Notes under the pieces: generated by a model
What the model was told of the DNA's origin: nothing
Seen by the model: the letters and a program-made list of their open reading frames with translations, nothing else
Database searches by the model: none
Assembly (NCBI GenBank): GCA_964016885.1
Contig: OZ024740.1
Coordinates: 41,478,001-41,542,000, forward strand
Reading direction: 5' to 3'
Length of the DNA stretch: 64,000 bases
Source of the DNA: Eledone cirrhosa
Lineage: Eukaryota
In this document: positions 31,764 through 47,500 of the stretch, one piece after another
How the letters are laid out: every line of letters begins with the position of its first letter
Numbering within the stretch: position 1 is the first letter of the stretch
Translations under genes and position numbers: made by a program

Positions 31764-34700
31764 GTAGTGGTGGTGGTGGTGGTGGTGGTGGTGGTGGTGA
31801 TGGTGGTGGTGGTGGTGGTGGTGGTACTGGTGGTGGTGGTGGTGGTAGTGGTGGTGGTGGTGGTGATGGTGGTGGTGATGGTGGTGGTGGTGGTGGTGGT
31901 GGTGGTACTGGTGGTGGTGGTGGTGGTAGTGGTACTGGTGGTGGTGGTGGTGGTAGTGGTGGTGGTGGTGGTGATGGTAGTAGTGGTGGTGGTGGTGGTA
32001 GTAGTGGTGGTGGTGGTGGAGGTGGTGGTGGTGGTGGTGGTAGTGGTGGTATTGGTGGTAGTGGTGGTATTGGTGGTGGTGGTGGTGGTGGTGGTGGTGG
32101 TGGTGGTGGTGGTGGGGATGGTAGCGGTGGTGGTGGTGGTGGTACTGGTGGTGTTAGTGGTGGTGGTGATGGTGGTGGTATTGGTGGTGGTGATGGTGGT
32201 GGTGGTGGTGGTGGTAGTGGTGGTGGTGGTAGTGGTGGTGGTGATGGTGGTGATGGTGGTCGTGGTGGTGGAGGTGGTGGTGATGGTGGTGGTGGTAGTG
32301 GTGGTGGTGGTGGTGGTGGTGGTGATGGTGGTGGTGGTGGTGGTGATGGTGGTGATGGTGGTGGTGATGGTGGTGGTGGTGGTAGTGTGGTGGTGGTGAT
32401 GGTGGTGGTGGTGGTAGTAGTGGTGGTGATGGTGGTGTTGGTGGTAGTGGTGTTAGTGATGGTGGTGGTGTTAGTAGTGGTGGTGGTGGTGTTGGTGGTG
32501 GTAGTGGTGGTAGTGGTGGTGTTGGTGGTTTCGGTTTTGGTGGTGGTGGTGGTCGTGGTAGTGGAGGTGGTGGTGATGGTGGTGGTGGTAGTGGTGGTGG
32601 TGGTGGTGGTGGTGGTGGTGGTGGTGGTGGTGGTGATGGTGGTGATGGTGGTGGTGGTGGTGGTGATGGTGGTGGTGGTGGTAGTGGTGGTAGTGGTGGT
32701 GGTGGTGGTGGTGGTGGTAGTAGTGGTGGTTGTGGTGGTAGTGGTGGTGGTGGTGGTGGTGGTGGTGATGGTGGTGGTGGTGGTGGTGGTGGTGGTAGTG
32801 ATGTTGGTGTTAGTGGTGGTGGTGGTGGTGATGGTGGTGGTGGTGGTGGTGGTGGTGGTGATGGTGTTGGTAGTGGTGGTAGAGTGGTGGTGGTGGTGGT
32901 GGTGGTGGTGGTGATGGTGGTGATGGTGGTGGTGGTGGTGGTGGTGATGGTGGTGGTGGTGGTAGTGGTGGTAGTGGTGGTGGTGGTGGTGGTGGTGGTG
33001 GTAGTAGTGGTGGTGGTGGTGGTAGTGGTGGTGGTGGTGGAGGTGGTGGTGATGATGGTGGTGGTGTTGGTGGTGGTGATGGTGGTGATGGTGGTGGTGG
33101 TGGTAGTGTGGTGGTGGTGATGGTGGTGGTGGTGGTAGTAGTGGTGGTAGTGGTGGTGGTAGTAGTGGTGGTGGTGGTGGTGGTGGTAGTGGTGGTAGTG
33201 GTGGTGGTGGTGGTCGTAGTGGTGATGGTGGTCGTGGTGGTGGTGGTGGTGGTAGTGGTGGTGGTGGTGGTGGTGGTGGTGGTCGTAGTGGTGATGGTGG
33301 TGGTGGTGGTGGTGTTGGTGGTGGTGATGGTGGTGATGGTGGTGGTGATGGTGGTGGTAGTGGTGGTGGTGGTGGTGGTGATGGTGGTGATGGTGGGTCG
33401 TGGTGGTGGAGGTGGTGGTGATGGTGGTGGTGGTGGTGGTAATGGTGGTGGTGGTGGTGGTGATGGTGGTGATGGTGGTGGTGATGGTGGTGGTGGTGGT
33501 AGTGTGGTGGTGGTGATGGTGGTGGTGGTGGTAGTAGTGGTGGTGATGGTGGTGGTGGTGGTAGTGGTGGCAGTGGTGGTAGTGGTGGTGGTGTTGTTAG
33601 TAGTGGTGGTGGTGGTGTTGGTGGTGGTAGTGGTGGTAGTGGTGGTGGTGGTGGTGTTGGTGATGGTGGTGGTGGTGGTCGTGGTGGTGGAGGTGGTGGT
33701 GATGGTGGTGGTGGTAGTGGTGGTGGTGGTGGTGGTGGTGGTGGTGATGGTGGTGATGGTGGTGGTGGTGGTATTGGTGGTGCTGGTGTGGTGGTGGTAG
33801 TGGTGGTATTGGTGGTGGTGGTAGTGGTGGTGGTAGTGGTGGTGGTGGTGGTGGTGGTGGCGGTGATGGTAGTGGTGGTGGTGGTGGTGGTGGTGATGGT
33901 GGTGGTGGTGGTAGTGGTGGTGGTGGTGGTGGTGGTAGTGGTGGTGGTGGTGGTAGTAGTGGTGGTGGTGGTGGTAGTAGTGGTGGTGGTGGTGGAGGTG
34001 GTGGTGGTTAAGGTGGTAGTGGTGGTATTGGTGGTAGTGGTGGTATTGGTGGTGGTGTTGGTGGTGGTGGTGGTGGTGGTGGTGGTGGTGATGGTAGGGG
34101 TGGTGGTGGTGGTGGTGCTGGTGGTGGTAGTGGTGGTGGTGATGGTGGTGGTGGTGGTGGTTGTGGTGATGGTGGTGGTGGTAGTGGTGGTGGTGGTGGT
34201 GTGTGGTGGTGATGGTGGTGATGGTGGTGTTACTGGTGGTGGTGGTGATGGTGGTTGGTGGTGGTAGTGGTGGTAGTGGTGGTGGTGGTGTTAGTAGTGG
34301 TGGTGGTGGTGTTGGTGGTGGTAGTGGTGGTAGTGGTGGTGGTGGTGGTGTTGGTGATGGTGGTGGTGGTGGTCGTGGTAGTGGAGGTGGTGGTGATGGT
34401 GGTGGTGGTAGTGGTGGTGGTGGTGGTGGTGGTGGTGGTGGTGGTGGTGATGATGGTGATGGTGGTGGGTGGTGGTGGAGGTGATGGTGGTGGTGGTGGT
34501 AGTGGTGGTAGTGGTGGTGGTGGTGGTGGTGGTGGTAGTAGTGGTGGTTGTGGTGGTAGTGGTGGTGGTGGTGGTGGTGGTGGTGATGGTGGTGGTGGTG
34601 GTGTTGGTGGTGGTGATGGTGGTGTGGTGGTGGTGGTGGTGGTGGGGATGGTGGTGATGGTGGTGGTGATGGTGGTGGTGGTGGTAGTGTGGTGGTGGTG

Positions 34701-36836
34701 ATGGTGGTGGTGGTGGTGGTGTAGTAGTGGTGGTGATGGTGGTGGTGGTGGTAGTGGTGGTAGTGGTGGTGGTGGTGGTAGTAGTGGTCGTGGTGGTGGT
34801 GGTGGTAGTGGTGGTAGTGGTGTTGGTGGGGTGGTGGTGGTAGTAGTGGTGGTGGTGGTCGTAGTGGTGATGGTGGTCGTGGTGGTGGTGGTGTTGGTGG
34901 TGGTGATGGTGGTGATGGTGGTGGTGGTGGTGGTGGTGGAGGTGGTTGGTGGTAGTAACTGTGGTGGTGGTGGTGGTGGTAGTGGTGGTGGTGGTGGTGG
35001 TGGTGGTAGTGGTGGTGGTGGTTGTAGTGGTGGTGGTGATGGTGGTGATCGTGGTGGTGGTGGTGGTTTTGGTGGTGGTGGTGGTGGTGGTGGTGGTAGT
35101 GGTGGTAGCGGTGGTGGTGGTGGTGGTAGTGGTGTTGGTGGTGGTGGTGGTAGTACTGGTGGTGGAGATGGTGGTGGTAGTAACTGTGGTGGTGGTGGTG
35201 GTGGTAGTGGTGGTGGTGGTGGTTTGGTGGTGGTGGTGGTTGTAGTGGTGGTAGTGGTGGTGGTGGTGGTGTTGGTGATGGTGGTGGTGGTAGTGGTGGT
35301 AGTGGTGGTGGTGGTGGTAGTGGTGGTGGTGGTGGTGGTGATGGTGGTGGTGGTGGTGGTGGTGGTGGTAGTGGTGGTGGTGGTGGTGGTGGTGGTGGTA
35401 GTGATGTTGGTGTTAGTGGTGGTGGTGGTGGTGATGGTGGTGGTGGTGGTGGTGGTGGTGGTGATGGCGGTGGTGGTGGTGATGGTGGTGATGGTGTTGG
35501 TAGTGGTGGTAGTGTTGGAGGTGTTGGTGGTAGTGGTGGTAGTGGTGGTGGTGGTGGTGGTGGTGGTGGTGGTGATGGTGGTGATGGTGGTGGTGGTGGT
35601 GGTGGTGATGGTGGTGGTGGTGGTAGTGGTGGTAGTGGTGGTGGTGGTGGTGGTGGTGGTAGTAGTGGTGGTGGTGGTGGTAGTGGTGGTGGGTGGTGGA
35701 GGTGATGGTGATGATGGTGGTTGTGTTGGTGGTGGTGATGGTGGTGTGGTGGTGGTGGTGGTAGTGTGGTGGTGGTGGTGGATGGTGGTGGGTGGTGGTA
35801 GTAGTGGTGGTAGTGGTGGTGGTGGTGGTAGTAGTGGTGGTGGTGGTGGTGGTGGTAGTGGTGGTAGTGGTGGTGGTGGTGGTCGTGGTGGTGGTGGTGG
35901 TGGTAGTGGTGGTGGTGGTGGAGGTGGTGGTGATGATGGTGGTGGTGTTGGTGGTGGTGATGGTGGTGATGGTGGTGGTGGTGGTAGTGTGGTGGTGGTG
36001 ATGGTGGTGGTGGTGGTGGTAGTAGTGGTGGTAGTGGTGGTGGTGGTGGTAGTAGTGGTGCTGGTGGTGGTGGTGGTACTGGTGGTAGTGGTGGTGGTGG
36101 TGGTCGTAGTGGTGATGGTGGTCGTGGTGGTGGTGGTGTTGGTGGTGGTGATGGTGGTGATGGTGGTGGTGGTGGTGGTGGTGGAGGTGGTGGTGGTAGT
36201 AACTGTGGTGGTGATGGTGGTGGTAGTGGTGGTGGTGGTGGTGGTGGTGGTAGTGGTGGTGGTGGTGGTAGTGGTGGTGATGGTGGTGGTGGTGGTGGTT
36301 TAGGTGGTGGTGGTGGTGGTGGTGGTGGTAGTGGTGGTAGCGGTGGTGGTGGTGGTGGTGGTGGTAGTGGTGGTGGTGTTAGTGGTGGTGGTGGTGGTGA
36401 TGGTGGTGGTGGTGGTGGTGGTGGTGGTGATGGCGGTGGTGGTGGTGGTGGTGGTGATGGTGTTGGTAGTGGTGGTAGTGTTGGTGGTGGTGGTGGTAGT
36501 GGTGGTAGTGGTGGTGGTGGTGGTGGTGCTGGTGGTGGTGGTGGTGATGGTGGTGGTGGTGCTGGTGGTGGTGGTAGTGGTAGTGGTGATGGTGGTGGTA
36601 TTTGTAGTGATGGTAGTGGTAGTGGTGGTGGTGGTAGTGGTGGTAGTGGTGGGGGAAGTGGTGGTGGTAATGATGGTAGTGGTGGTGGTGGTGTTGGCGG
36701 TAGTGGAAGAAGAAGTGATGGTGGTGGTAGTGGTAGTAGTAGTGGTGGTGTTGGCGGTAGTGGAGCTGGAAGAGATGGTGGTGGTAGTGGTAGTAGTGCT
36801 GGTAGTGGTGGTAGTGGTGGTGGTGGTTGTGGTGGG
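31764..36836. repeat. ~5-kb imperfect (GGT)n trinucleotide array
   Basis: GGT triplets with GAT/AGT/GTT variants and frequent phase slips. Confidence 0.97.
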
Positions 36837-36903
36837 CAGTCATGTGATCCAGTGAAAATTTAGGATCGGAACCAAAATTACTCTGATAAAGTATTTGTTA
36901 AAA

Positions 36904-37950
<1,047 letters not shown>

Positions 37951-38582
37951 CTTCTAAGTCCCTCTTGCTCTCCACCCTCTCTCTCCCCCACCTTCTTAGT
38001 CCCTCTTACTCTCCCCCACCCTCGTAGTCCCTCTTACTCCTCTTATGTCCCCCACCTTCTTAGTCCCTCTTACTCTCCCCCACCCTTGTAGTCCCTCTTA
38101 CTCCTCTTATATCCTCCACCTTCTTAGTCCCTCTTACTCTCCACCCCTCTCTCCATCCCACACCTTCTTAGTGCCTCTTACTCTCCGCCCCTCTCCCTTC
38201 CTCTTTCACATTCTTTGTCCCTCTTACTCTCCGCCCCTCCCTCCACCCTCTTAGTCCCTCTTACTCCTCTCTCCACCACCTAATTAGTCCCTATTACTCT
38301 CCGCCCCTCTCTCTCTCTTTCACCTTCTTAGTCCCTATTACTCCCCCCTCTATCTCTTTCACCTTCTTTGTCCCTCTTACTCCCCCCTCGCCCCACCCTC
38401 TTAGTCCCTCTTACTCCTCCTCTCTTCACCTTCTTAGTCCCTCTTACTCCCCCTCTCTCTTTCACCTTCTTTGTCCCACTTACTCTCCGCCCCTCTCTCC
38501 CCCACCTTCTTAGTCCCTCTTACCCTCCCCCTTTCTTTCACCTTCTTTGTCCCTCTTACTCTCCCCCCTCCACCTATCTCCC
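37951..38582. repeat. Pyrimidine-rich minisatellite, core caccttcttagtccctcttactc
   Basis: The core recurs more than 15 times with variable C/T spacers. Confidence 0.85.
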
Positions 38583-41500
38583 CCATTTTTCAGATATAAC
38601 TCCATCTTTCAGATATAACTCCATCTTTCAGATATAACCCCCTGTTTCAGATATAACCCCCTGTTTCAGATATAACTCCATTTTTCAGATATAACTCCAT
38701 CTTTCAGATATAACTCCATCTTTCAGATATAACTCCATCTTTCAGATATAACTCCATCTTTCAGATATAACCCCCTGTTTCAGATATAACTCCATTTTTC
38801 AGATATAACTCCATGTTTCAGATATAACTCCATTTTTCAGATATAACTCCATGTTTCAGATATAACTCCATGTTTCAGATATAACTCCATTTTTCAGATA
38901 TAACTCCATTTTTCAGATATAACTCCATTTTTCAGATATAACTCCATCTTTCAGATATAACTCCATCTTTCAGATATAACTCCATCTTTCAGATATAACT
39001 CCATCTTTCAGATATAACTCCATCTTTCAGATGTAACTCCCTGTTGCAGATATAACTCCACGTTTCAGATATAACTCCATGTTTTCAGATATAACTCCAT
39101 CTTTCAGACATAACTCCATGTTTCAGATATAACTCCATGTTTCAGATATAACTCCATGTTTCAGATATAACTCCATATTTCAGATATAACTCCATCTTTC
39201 AGACATAATTCCATTTTTCAGATATAACTCCCTGTTTCAGATATAACTCCATGTATCAGATATAACTCCATGTTTCAGATATAACTCCATGTTTCAGATA
39301 TAACTCCATGTTTCAGATATAACTCCATGTTTCAGATATAACTCCATCTTTTAGATATAACTCAATCTTTCAGATATAACTCCATGTTTCAGATATAACT
39401 CCATCTTTTAGATATAACTCCATCTTTCAAATGTAACTTCATGTTTTCAGGTATAACTCAACCTTTCAGATATAACTCCATGTTTCAGATATAACTCCAT
39501 GTTTCAGATATAACTCCATCTTTCAGATATAATTCCCTGTTTCAGATATAACTCCATGTTTCAAATATAACTCCATGTTTCAGATATAACTCCATCTTTC
39601 AGATATAACTCAATGCTTCAGATATAACTCCCTGTTTCAGATATAACTCCATCTTTCAAATATAACTCCATGTATCAGATATAACTCCATGTTTCAGATA
39701 TAACTCCATGTTTCAGATATAACTCCATGTTTCAGATATAACTCCATGTTTCAGATATAACTCCATCTTTCAGATATAACTCCCTGTTTCAGATATAACT
39801 CCATCTTTCAGATATAACTCTATCTTTCAGATATAACTCCATGTTTTCAGATATAACTCCATGTTTCAGATATAACTCCATGTTTCAGATATAACTCCAT
39901 GTTTTCAGATATAACTCCATATTTCAGATATAACTCCATCTTTCATATATAACTTCCTGTTTCAGATATAACTCCATGTTTCAGATATAACTCCATGTTT
40001 CAGACATAACTCCATGTTTCAGATATATCTCCATCTTTCAGATATAACTCCATGTTTCAGATATAACTCCATATTCTAGACATAACTCCATGTTTCAGAT
40101 ATAACTCCATGTTTCAGATATAACTCCATCTTTCAGATATAACTCCATGTTTTCAGATATAACTCCATGTTTCAGATACAACTCCATGTTTCAGATATAA
40201 CTCCATATTTCAGATATAACTCAACCTTTCAGATATAACTCCATATTTCAGATATAACTCCATCTTTCATATATAACTCCATGTTTCAGATATAACTCCA
40301 TGTTTCAGATATAACTCCCTGTTTCAGATATAACTCCATGTATCAGATATAACTCCATGTTTCAGTTATAACTCCATGTTTCAGATATAACTCCATCTTT
40401 CAGATATAACTCCATCTTTCAGATATAACTCCATCTTTCAGATATAACTCCATCTTTCAGATATAACTCCATCTTTCAGATATAACTCCATGTTTCAGAT
40501 ATAACTCCATGTTTCAGATATAACCCCATCTTTCAGATAACTCTCTGTTTTAGATATAACTCCATATTTCAGATATAACTCCATGTTTCAGATATAACTC
40601 CATTTTTCAGATATAACTCCATGTTTCAGATATAACTCCATGTTTCAGATATAACTCCATTTTTCAGATATAACTCCATTTTTCAGATATAACTCCATTT
40701 TTCAGATATAACTCCATCTTTCAGATATAACTCCATCTTTCAGATATAACTCCATCTTTCAGATATAACTCCATCTTTCAGATATAACTCCATCTTTCAG
40801 ATCTAACTCCCTGTTGCAGATATAACTCCACGTTTCAGATATAACTCCATGTTTTCAGATATAACTCCATCTTTCAGACATAACTCCATGTTTCAGATAT
40901 AACTCCATGTTTCAGATATAACTCCATGTTTCAGATATAACTCCATATTTCAGATATAACTCCATCTTTCAGACATAATTCCATTTTTCAGATATAACTC
41001 CCTGTTTCAGATATAACTCCATGTATCAGATATAACTCCATGTTTCAGATATAACTCCATGTTTCAGATATAACTCCATGTTTCAGATATAACTCCATGT
41101 TTCAGATATAACTCCATCTTTTAGATATAACTCAATCTTTCAGATATAACTCCATGTTTCAGATATAACTCCATCTTTTAGATATAACTCCATCTTTCAA
41201 ATGTAACTTCATGTTTTCAGGTATAACTCAACCTTTCAGATATAACTCCATGTTTCAGATATAACTCCATGTTTCAGATATAACTCCATCTTTCAGATAT
41301 AATTCCCTGTTTCAGATATAACTCCATGTTTCAAATATAACTCCATGTTTCAGATATAACTCCATCTTTCAGATATAACTCAATGTTTCAGATATAACTA
41401 CCTGTTTCAGATATAACTCCATCTTTCAAATATAACTCCATGTATCAGATATAACTCCATGTTTCAGATATAACTCCATGTTTCAGATATAACTCCATGT

Positions 41501-44500
41501 TTCAGATATAACTCCATGTTTCAGATATAACTCCATCTTTCAGATATAACTCCCTGTTTCAGATATAACTCCATCTTTCAGATATAACTCTATCTTTCAG
41601 ATATAACTCCATGTTTTCAGATATAACTCCATGTTTCAGATATAACTCCATGTTTTCAGATATAACTCCATATTTCAGATATAACTCCATCTTTCATATA
41701 TAACTCCCTGTTTCAGATATAACTCCATGTTTCAGATATAACTCCATGTTTCAGACATAACTCCATGTTTCAGATATATCTCCATCTTTCAGATATAACT
41801 CCATGTTTCAGATATAACTCCATATTCTAGACATAACTCCATGTTTCAGATATAACTCCATGTTTCAGATATAACTCCATCTTTCAGATATAACTCCATG
41901 TTTTCAGATATAACTCCATGTTTCAGATACAACTCCATGTTTCAGATATAACTCCATATTTCAGATATAACTCAACCTTTCAGATATAACTCCATATTTC
42001 AGATATAACTCCATCTTTCATATATAACTCCATGTTTCAGATATAACTCCATGTTTCAGATATAACTCCCTGTTTCAGATATAACTCCATGTATCAGATA
42101 TAACTCCATGTTTCAGTTATAACTCCATGTTTCAGATATAACTCCATCTTTCAGATATAACTCCATCTTTCAGATATAACTCCATCTTTCAGATATAACT
42201 CCATCTTTCAGATATAACTCCATCTTTCAGATATAACTCCATGTTTCAGATATAACTCCATGTTTCAGATATAACCCCATCTTTCAGATAACTCCCTGTT
42301 TTAGATATAACTCCATATTTCAGATATTACTCCAGGTTTCAGATATAACTCCATCTTTCAGATATAACTCCATCTTTCAGATATAACTCCATGTTTCAGA
42401 TATAACTCCATCTTTCAGATACAACTCCATGTTTCAGATACAACTCCATGTTTCAGATATAACTCCATCTTTCAGATATAACTCAACCTTTCAGATATAA
42501 CTCCATCTTTCAGATATAACTCCCTGTTTCAGATATAACTCCATGTTTCAGATATAACTCCCTGTTTCAGATATAACTCCATGTTTCAGATATAACTCCA
42601 TCTTTCAGATATAACTCCATCTTTCAGATATAACTCCATGTTTCAGATATAACTCCATCTTTCAGATATAACTCCCTGTTTCAGATATAACTCCATGTTT
42701 CAGATATAACTCCATGTTTCAGATATAACTCCATCTTTCAGATATAACTCCCTGTTTCAGATATAACTCCATCTTTCAGATATAACTCTATCTTTCAGAT
42801 ATAACTCCATGTTTTCAGATATAACTCCATGTTTCAGATATAACTCCATGTTTCAGATATAACTCCATGTTTTCATATATAACTCCATATTTCAGATATA
42901 ACTCCATCTTTCATATATAACTCCCTGTTTCAGATATAACTCCATCTTTCATATATAACTCCCTGTTTCAGATATAACTCCATGTTTCAGATATAACTCC
43001 ATGTTTCAGACATAACTCCATGTTTCAGATATATCTCCATCTTTCAGATATAACTCCATGTTTTCAGATATAACTCCATGTTTCAGATACAACTCCATGT
43101 TTCAGATATAACTCCATCTTTCAGATATAACTCAACCCTTCAGATATAACTCCATATTTCAGATATAACTCCATCTTTCATATATAAATCCATGTTTCAG
43201 ATATAACTCCATGTTTCAGATATAACTCCCTGTTTCAGATATAACTCCATCTTTCAAATATAACTCCATGTTTCAGATATAACTCCATCTTTCAGATATA
43301 ACTCAATCTTTCAGATATAACTCCATCTTTCAAATGTAACTTCATGTTTTCAGATATAACTCCATGTTTCAGATATAACTCCATGTTTCAGATATAACTC
43401 CATGTTTCAGATATAACTCCATATTTCAGATATAATTCCCTGTTTCAGATATAACTCAATGTTTCAGATATAACTCCATGTTTCAGATATAACTCCATGT
43501 TTCATATATAACTCCATGTTTTAGATATAACTCCATGTTTCATATATAACTCTATGTTTTAGATATAACTCCATCTTTCAGATATAACTCCATGTTTCAC
43601 ATATAACTCCATGATTTTGATATAACTCCATCTTTCAGATATAACTCCCTGTTTCAGATATAACTCCCTGTTTCAGATATAACTCCATGTTTCAGACATA
43701 ACTCCATGTTTCAGATATATCTCCATCTTTTAGATATAACTCCATGTTTCAGATATAACTCCATATTTTAGATATAACTCCATGTTTCAGATATAACTCC
43801 ATCTCTCAGATATAACTCCATGTTTTCAGATATAACTCCATGTTTCAGATAGAACTCCATGTTTCAGATATAACTCCATCTTTCAGATATAACTCAACCT
43901 TTCAGATATAACTCCATGTTTCAAATATAACTCCATGTTTCAGATATAACTCCATCTTTCAGATATAACTCAATGTTTCAGATATAACTCCAATTTTCAG
44001 ATATAACTCCATGTTTCATATATAACTCCATGTTTTAGATATAACTCCATGTTTCATATATAACTCCATGTTTCAGATATAACTCCATCTTTCAGATATA
44101 ACTCCATGTTTCACATATAACTCCATGATTTTGATATAACTCCATCTTTCAGATATAACTCCCTGTTTCAGATATAACTCCCAGTTTCAGATATAACTCC
44201 ATCTTTCAGACATAACTCCATGTTTCAGATATATCTCCAACTTTCAGATATAACTCCATGTTTCAGATATAACTCCATATTTTAGATATAACTCCATGTT
44301 TCAGATATAACTCCATCTTTCAGATATAACTCCATGTTTTAAGATATAACTCCATGTTTCAGATACAACTCCATGTTTCAGATATAACTCCATCTTTCAG
44401 ATATAACTCAACCTTTCAGATATAACTCCATCTTTCAGATATAACTCCCTGTTTCAGATATAACACCATGTTTCAGATATAACTCCCTGTTTCAGATATA

Positions 44501-47500
44501 ACTCCATGTTTCAGATATAACTCCATCTTTCAGATATAACTCCATCTTTCAGATATAACTCCATCTTTCAGATATAACTCCATGTTTCAGATATAACTCC
44601 ATCTTTCAGATATAACTCCATGTTTTAAGATATAACTCCATGTTTCAGATACAACTCCATGTTTCAGATATAACTCCATCTTTCAGATATAACTCCATGT
44701 TTCAGATATAACTCCATCTTTCAGATATAACTCCCTGTTTCAGATATAACACCATGTTTCAGATATAACTACCTGTTTCAGATATAACTCCATGTTTCAG
44801 ATATAACTCCATCTTTCAGATATAACTCCATCTTTCAGATATAACTCCATCTTTCAGATATAACTCCATGTTTCAGATATAACTCCATCTTTCTGATATA
44901 ACTCCCTGTTTCAGATATAACTCCATGTTTCAGATATAACTCCATGTTTCAGATATAACTCCATCTTTCAGATATAACTCCCTGTTTCAGATATAACTAC
45001 ATCTTTCAGATATAACTCTATCTTTCAGATATAACTCCATGTTTTCAGATATAACTCCATATTTCAGATATAACCCCATCTTTCATATATAACCCCCTGT
45101 TTCAGATATAACTCCATGTTTCAGATATAACTCCATGTTTCAGACATAACTCCATGTTTCAGATATATCTCCATCTTTCAGATATAACTCCATGTTTCAG
45201 ATATAACTCCATATTCTAGACATAACTCCATGTTTCAGATATAACTCCATGTTTCAGATATAACTCCATCTTTCAGATATAACTTCTTGTTTTCAGATAT
45301 AACTCCATGTTTCAGATACAACTCCATGTTTCAGATATAACTCCATATTTCAGATATAACTCAACCTTTCAGATATAACTCCATATTTTAGATATAACTC
45401 CATCTTTCATATATAACTCCATGTTTCAGATATAACTCCATGTTTCAGATATAACTCCCTGTTTCAGATATAACTCCATGTATCAGATATAACTCCATGT
45501 TTCAGATATAACTCCATGTTTCAGATATAACTCCATCTTTCAGATATAACTCCATATTCTAGATATAACTCCATGTTTCAGATATAACACCATTTTTCAG
45601 ATATAACTCCATCTTTCAGATATAACTCCATGTTTTCAGATATAACTCCATGTTTCAGATACAACTCCATGTTTCAGATATAACTCCATCTTTCAGATAT
45701 AACTCAACCTTTCAGATATAACTCCATATTTCAGATATAACTCCATCTTTCATATATAACTCCATGTTTCAGATATAACTCCATGTTTCAGATATAACTC
45801 CCTGTTTCAGATATAACTCCATGTAACAGATATAACTCCATGTTTCAGATATAACTCCATCTTTCAGATATAACTCCATGTTTCAGATATAACTCCATGT
45901 TTCAGATATAACTCCATGTTTCAGATATAACTCCATGTTTCAATTATAACTCCATGTTTGAGATATAACTCCATGTATCAGATATAACTCCATCTTTCAG
46001 ATAAAACTCCATGTTTCAGATATAACTCCATGTTTCAGATATAACTCCATGTTTCAGATATAACTCCATATTTCAGATATAACTCCATCTTTCATATATA
46101 ACTCCATGTTTCAGATATAACTCCATCTTTCAGATATAACTCCATGTTTCAGATATAACTCCATGTTTCAGATATAACTCCATCTTTCAGATATAACTCC
46201 ATCTTTCAGATATAACTCCATGTTTCAGATATAACTCCATCTTTCAGATATAACTCCATGTTTCAGATACAACTCCATGTTTCAGATATAACTCCATCTT
46301 TCAGATATAACACCATCTTTCAGATATAAGTCAACCTTTCAGATATAACTCCATCTTTCAGATATAACTCCATCTTTCAGATATAACTCCATCTTTCAGA
46401 TCTAACTCCCTGTTTCAGATATAACTCCATGTTCCAGATATAACTCCCTGTTTCAGATATAACTCCATGTTTCAGATATAACTCCATGTTTCAGATATAA
46501 CTCCATCTTTCAGATATAACTCCATGTTTCAGATATAACTCCATCTTTCAGATATAACTCCCTGTTTCAGATATAACTCCATGTTTCAGATATAACTCCA
46601 TGTTTCAGATATAACTCCATCTTTCAGATATAACTCCCTGTCTCAGATATAACTCCATGTTTCATATACAACTCCATGTTTCAGATATAACTCCATGTTT
46701 CAGATATAACTCAACCTTTCAGATATAACTCCATCTTTCAGATATAACTCCATCTTTCAGATATAACTCCATCTTTCAGATATAACTCCCTGTTTCAGAT
46801 ATAACTCCATGTTTCAGATATAACTCCCTGTTTCAGATATAACTCCATGTTTCAGATATAACTCCATGTTTCAGATATAACTCCATCTTTCAGATATAAC
46901 TCCATGTTTCAGATATAACTCCATCTTTCAGATATAACTCCCTATTTCAGATATAACTCCATGTTTCAGATATAACTCCATGTTTCAGATATAACTCCAT
47001 CTTTCAGATATAACTCCATGTTTTCAGATATAACTCCATGTTTCAGATATAACTCCATGTTTCAGATATAACTCCATGTTTTCAGATATAACTCCATATT
47101 TCAGATATAACTCCATCTTTCATATATAACTCCCTGTTTCAGATATAACTCCCTGTTTCAGATATAACTCCATGTTTCAGACATAACTCCATGTTTCAGA
47201 TATATCTCCATCTTTCAGATATAACTCCATGTTTCAGATATAACTACATATTTTAGATATAACTCCATGTTTCAGATATAACTCCATCTTTCAGATATAA
47301 CTCCATGTTTTCAGATATAACTCCATGTTTCAGATAGAACTCCATGTTTCAGATATAACTCCATCTTTCAGATATAACTCAACCTTTCAGATATAACTCC
47401 ATGTTTCAAATATAACTCCATGTTTCAGATATAACTCCATCTTTCAGATATAACTCAATGTTTCAGATATAACTCCAATTTTGAGATATAACTCCATGTT

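Noticed and set aside
31719-36855. Poly-Val/Gly/His ORFs as mucin, extensin or glycine-rich protein
   Set aside because: They are translations of (GGT)n with frequent phase slips and no unique domain or splice context.
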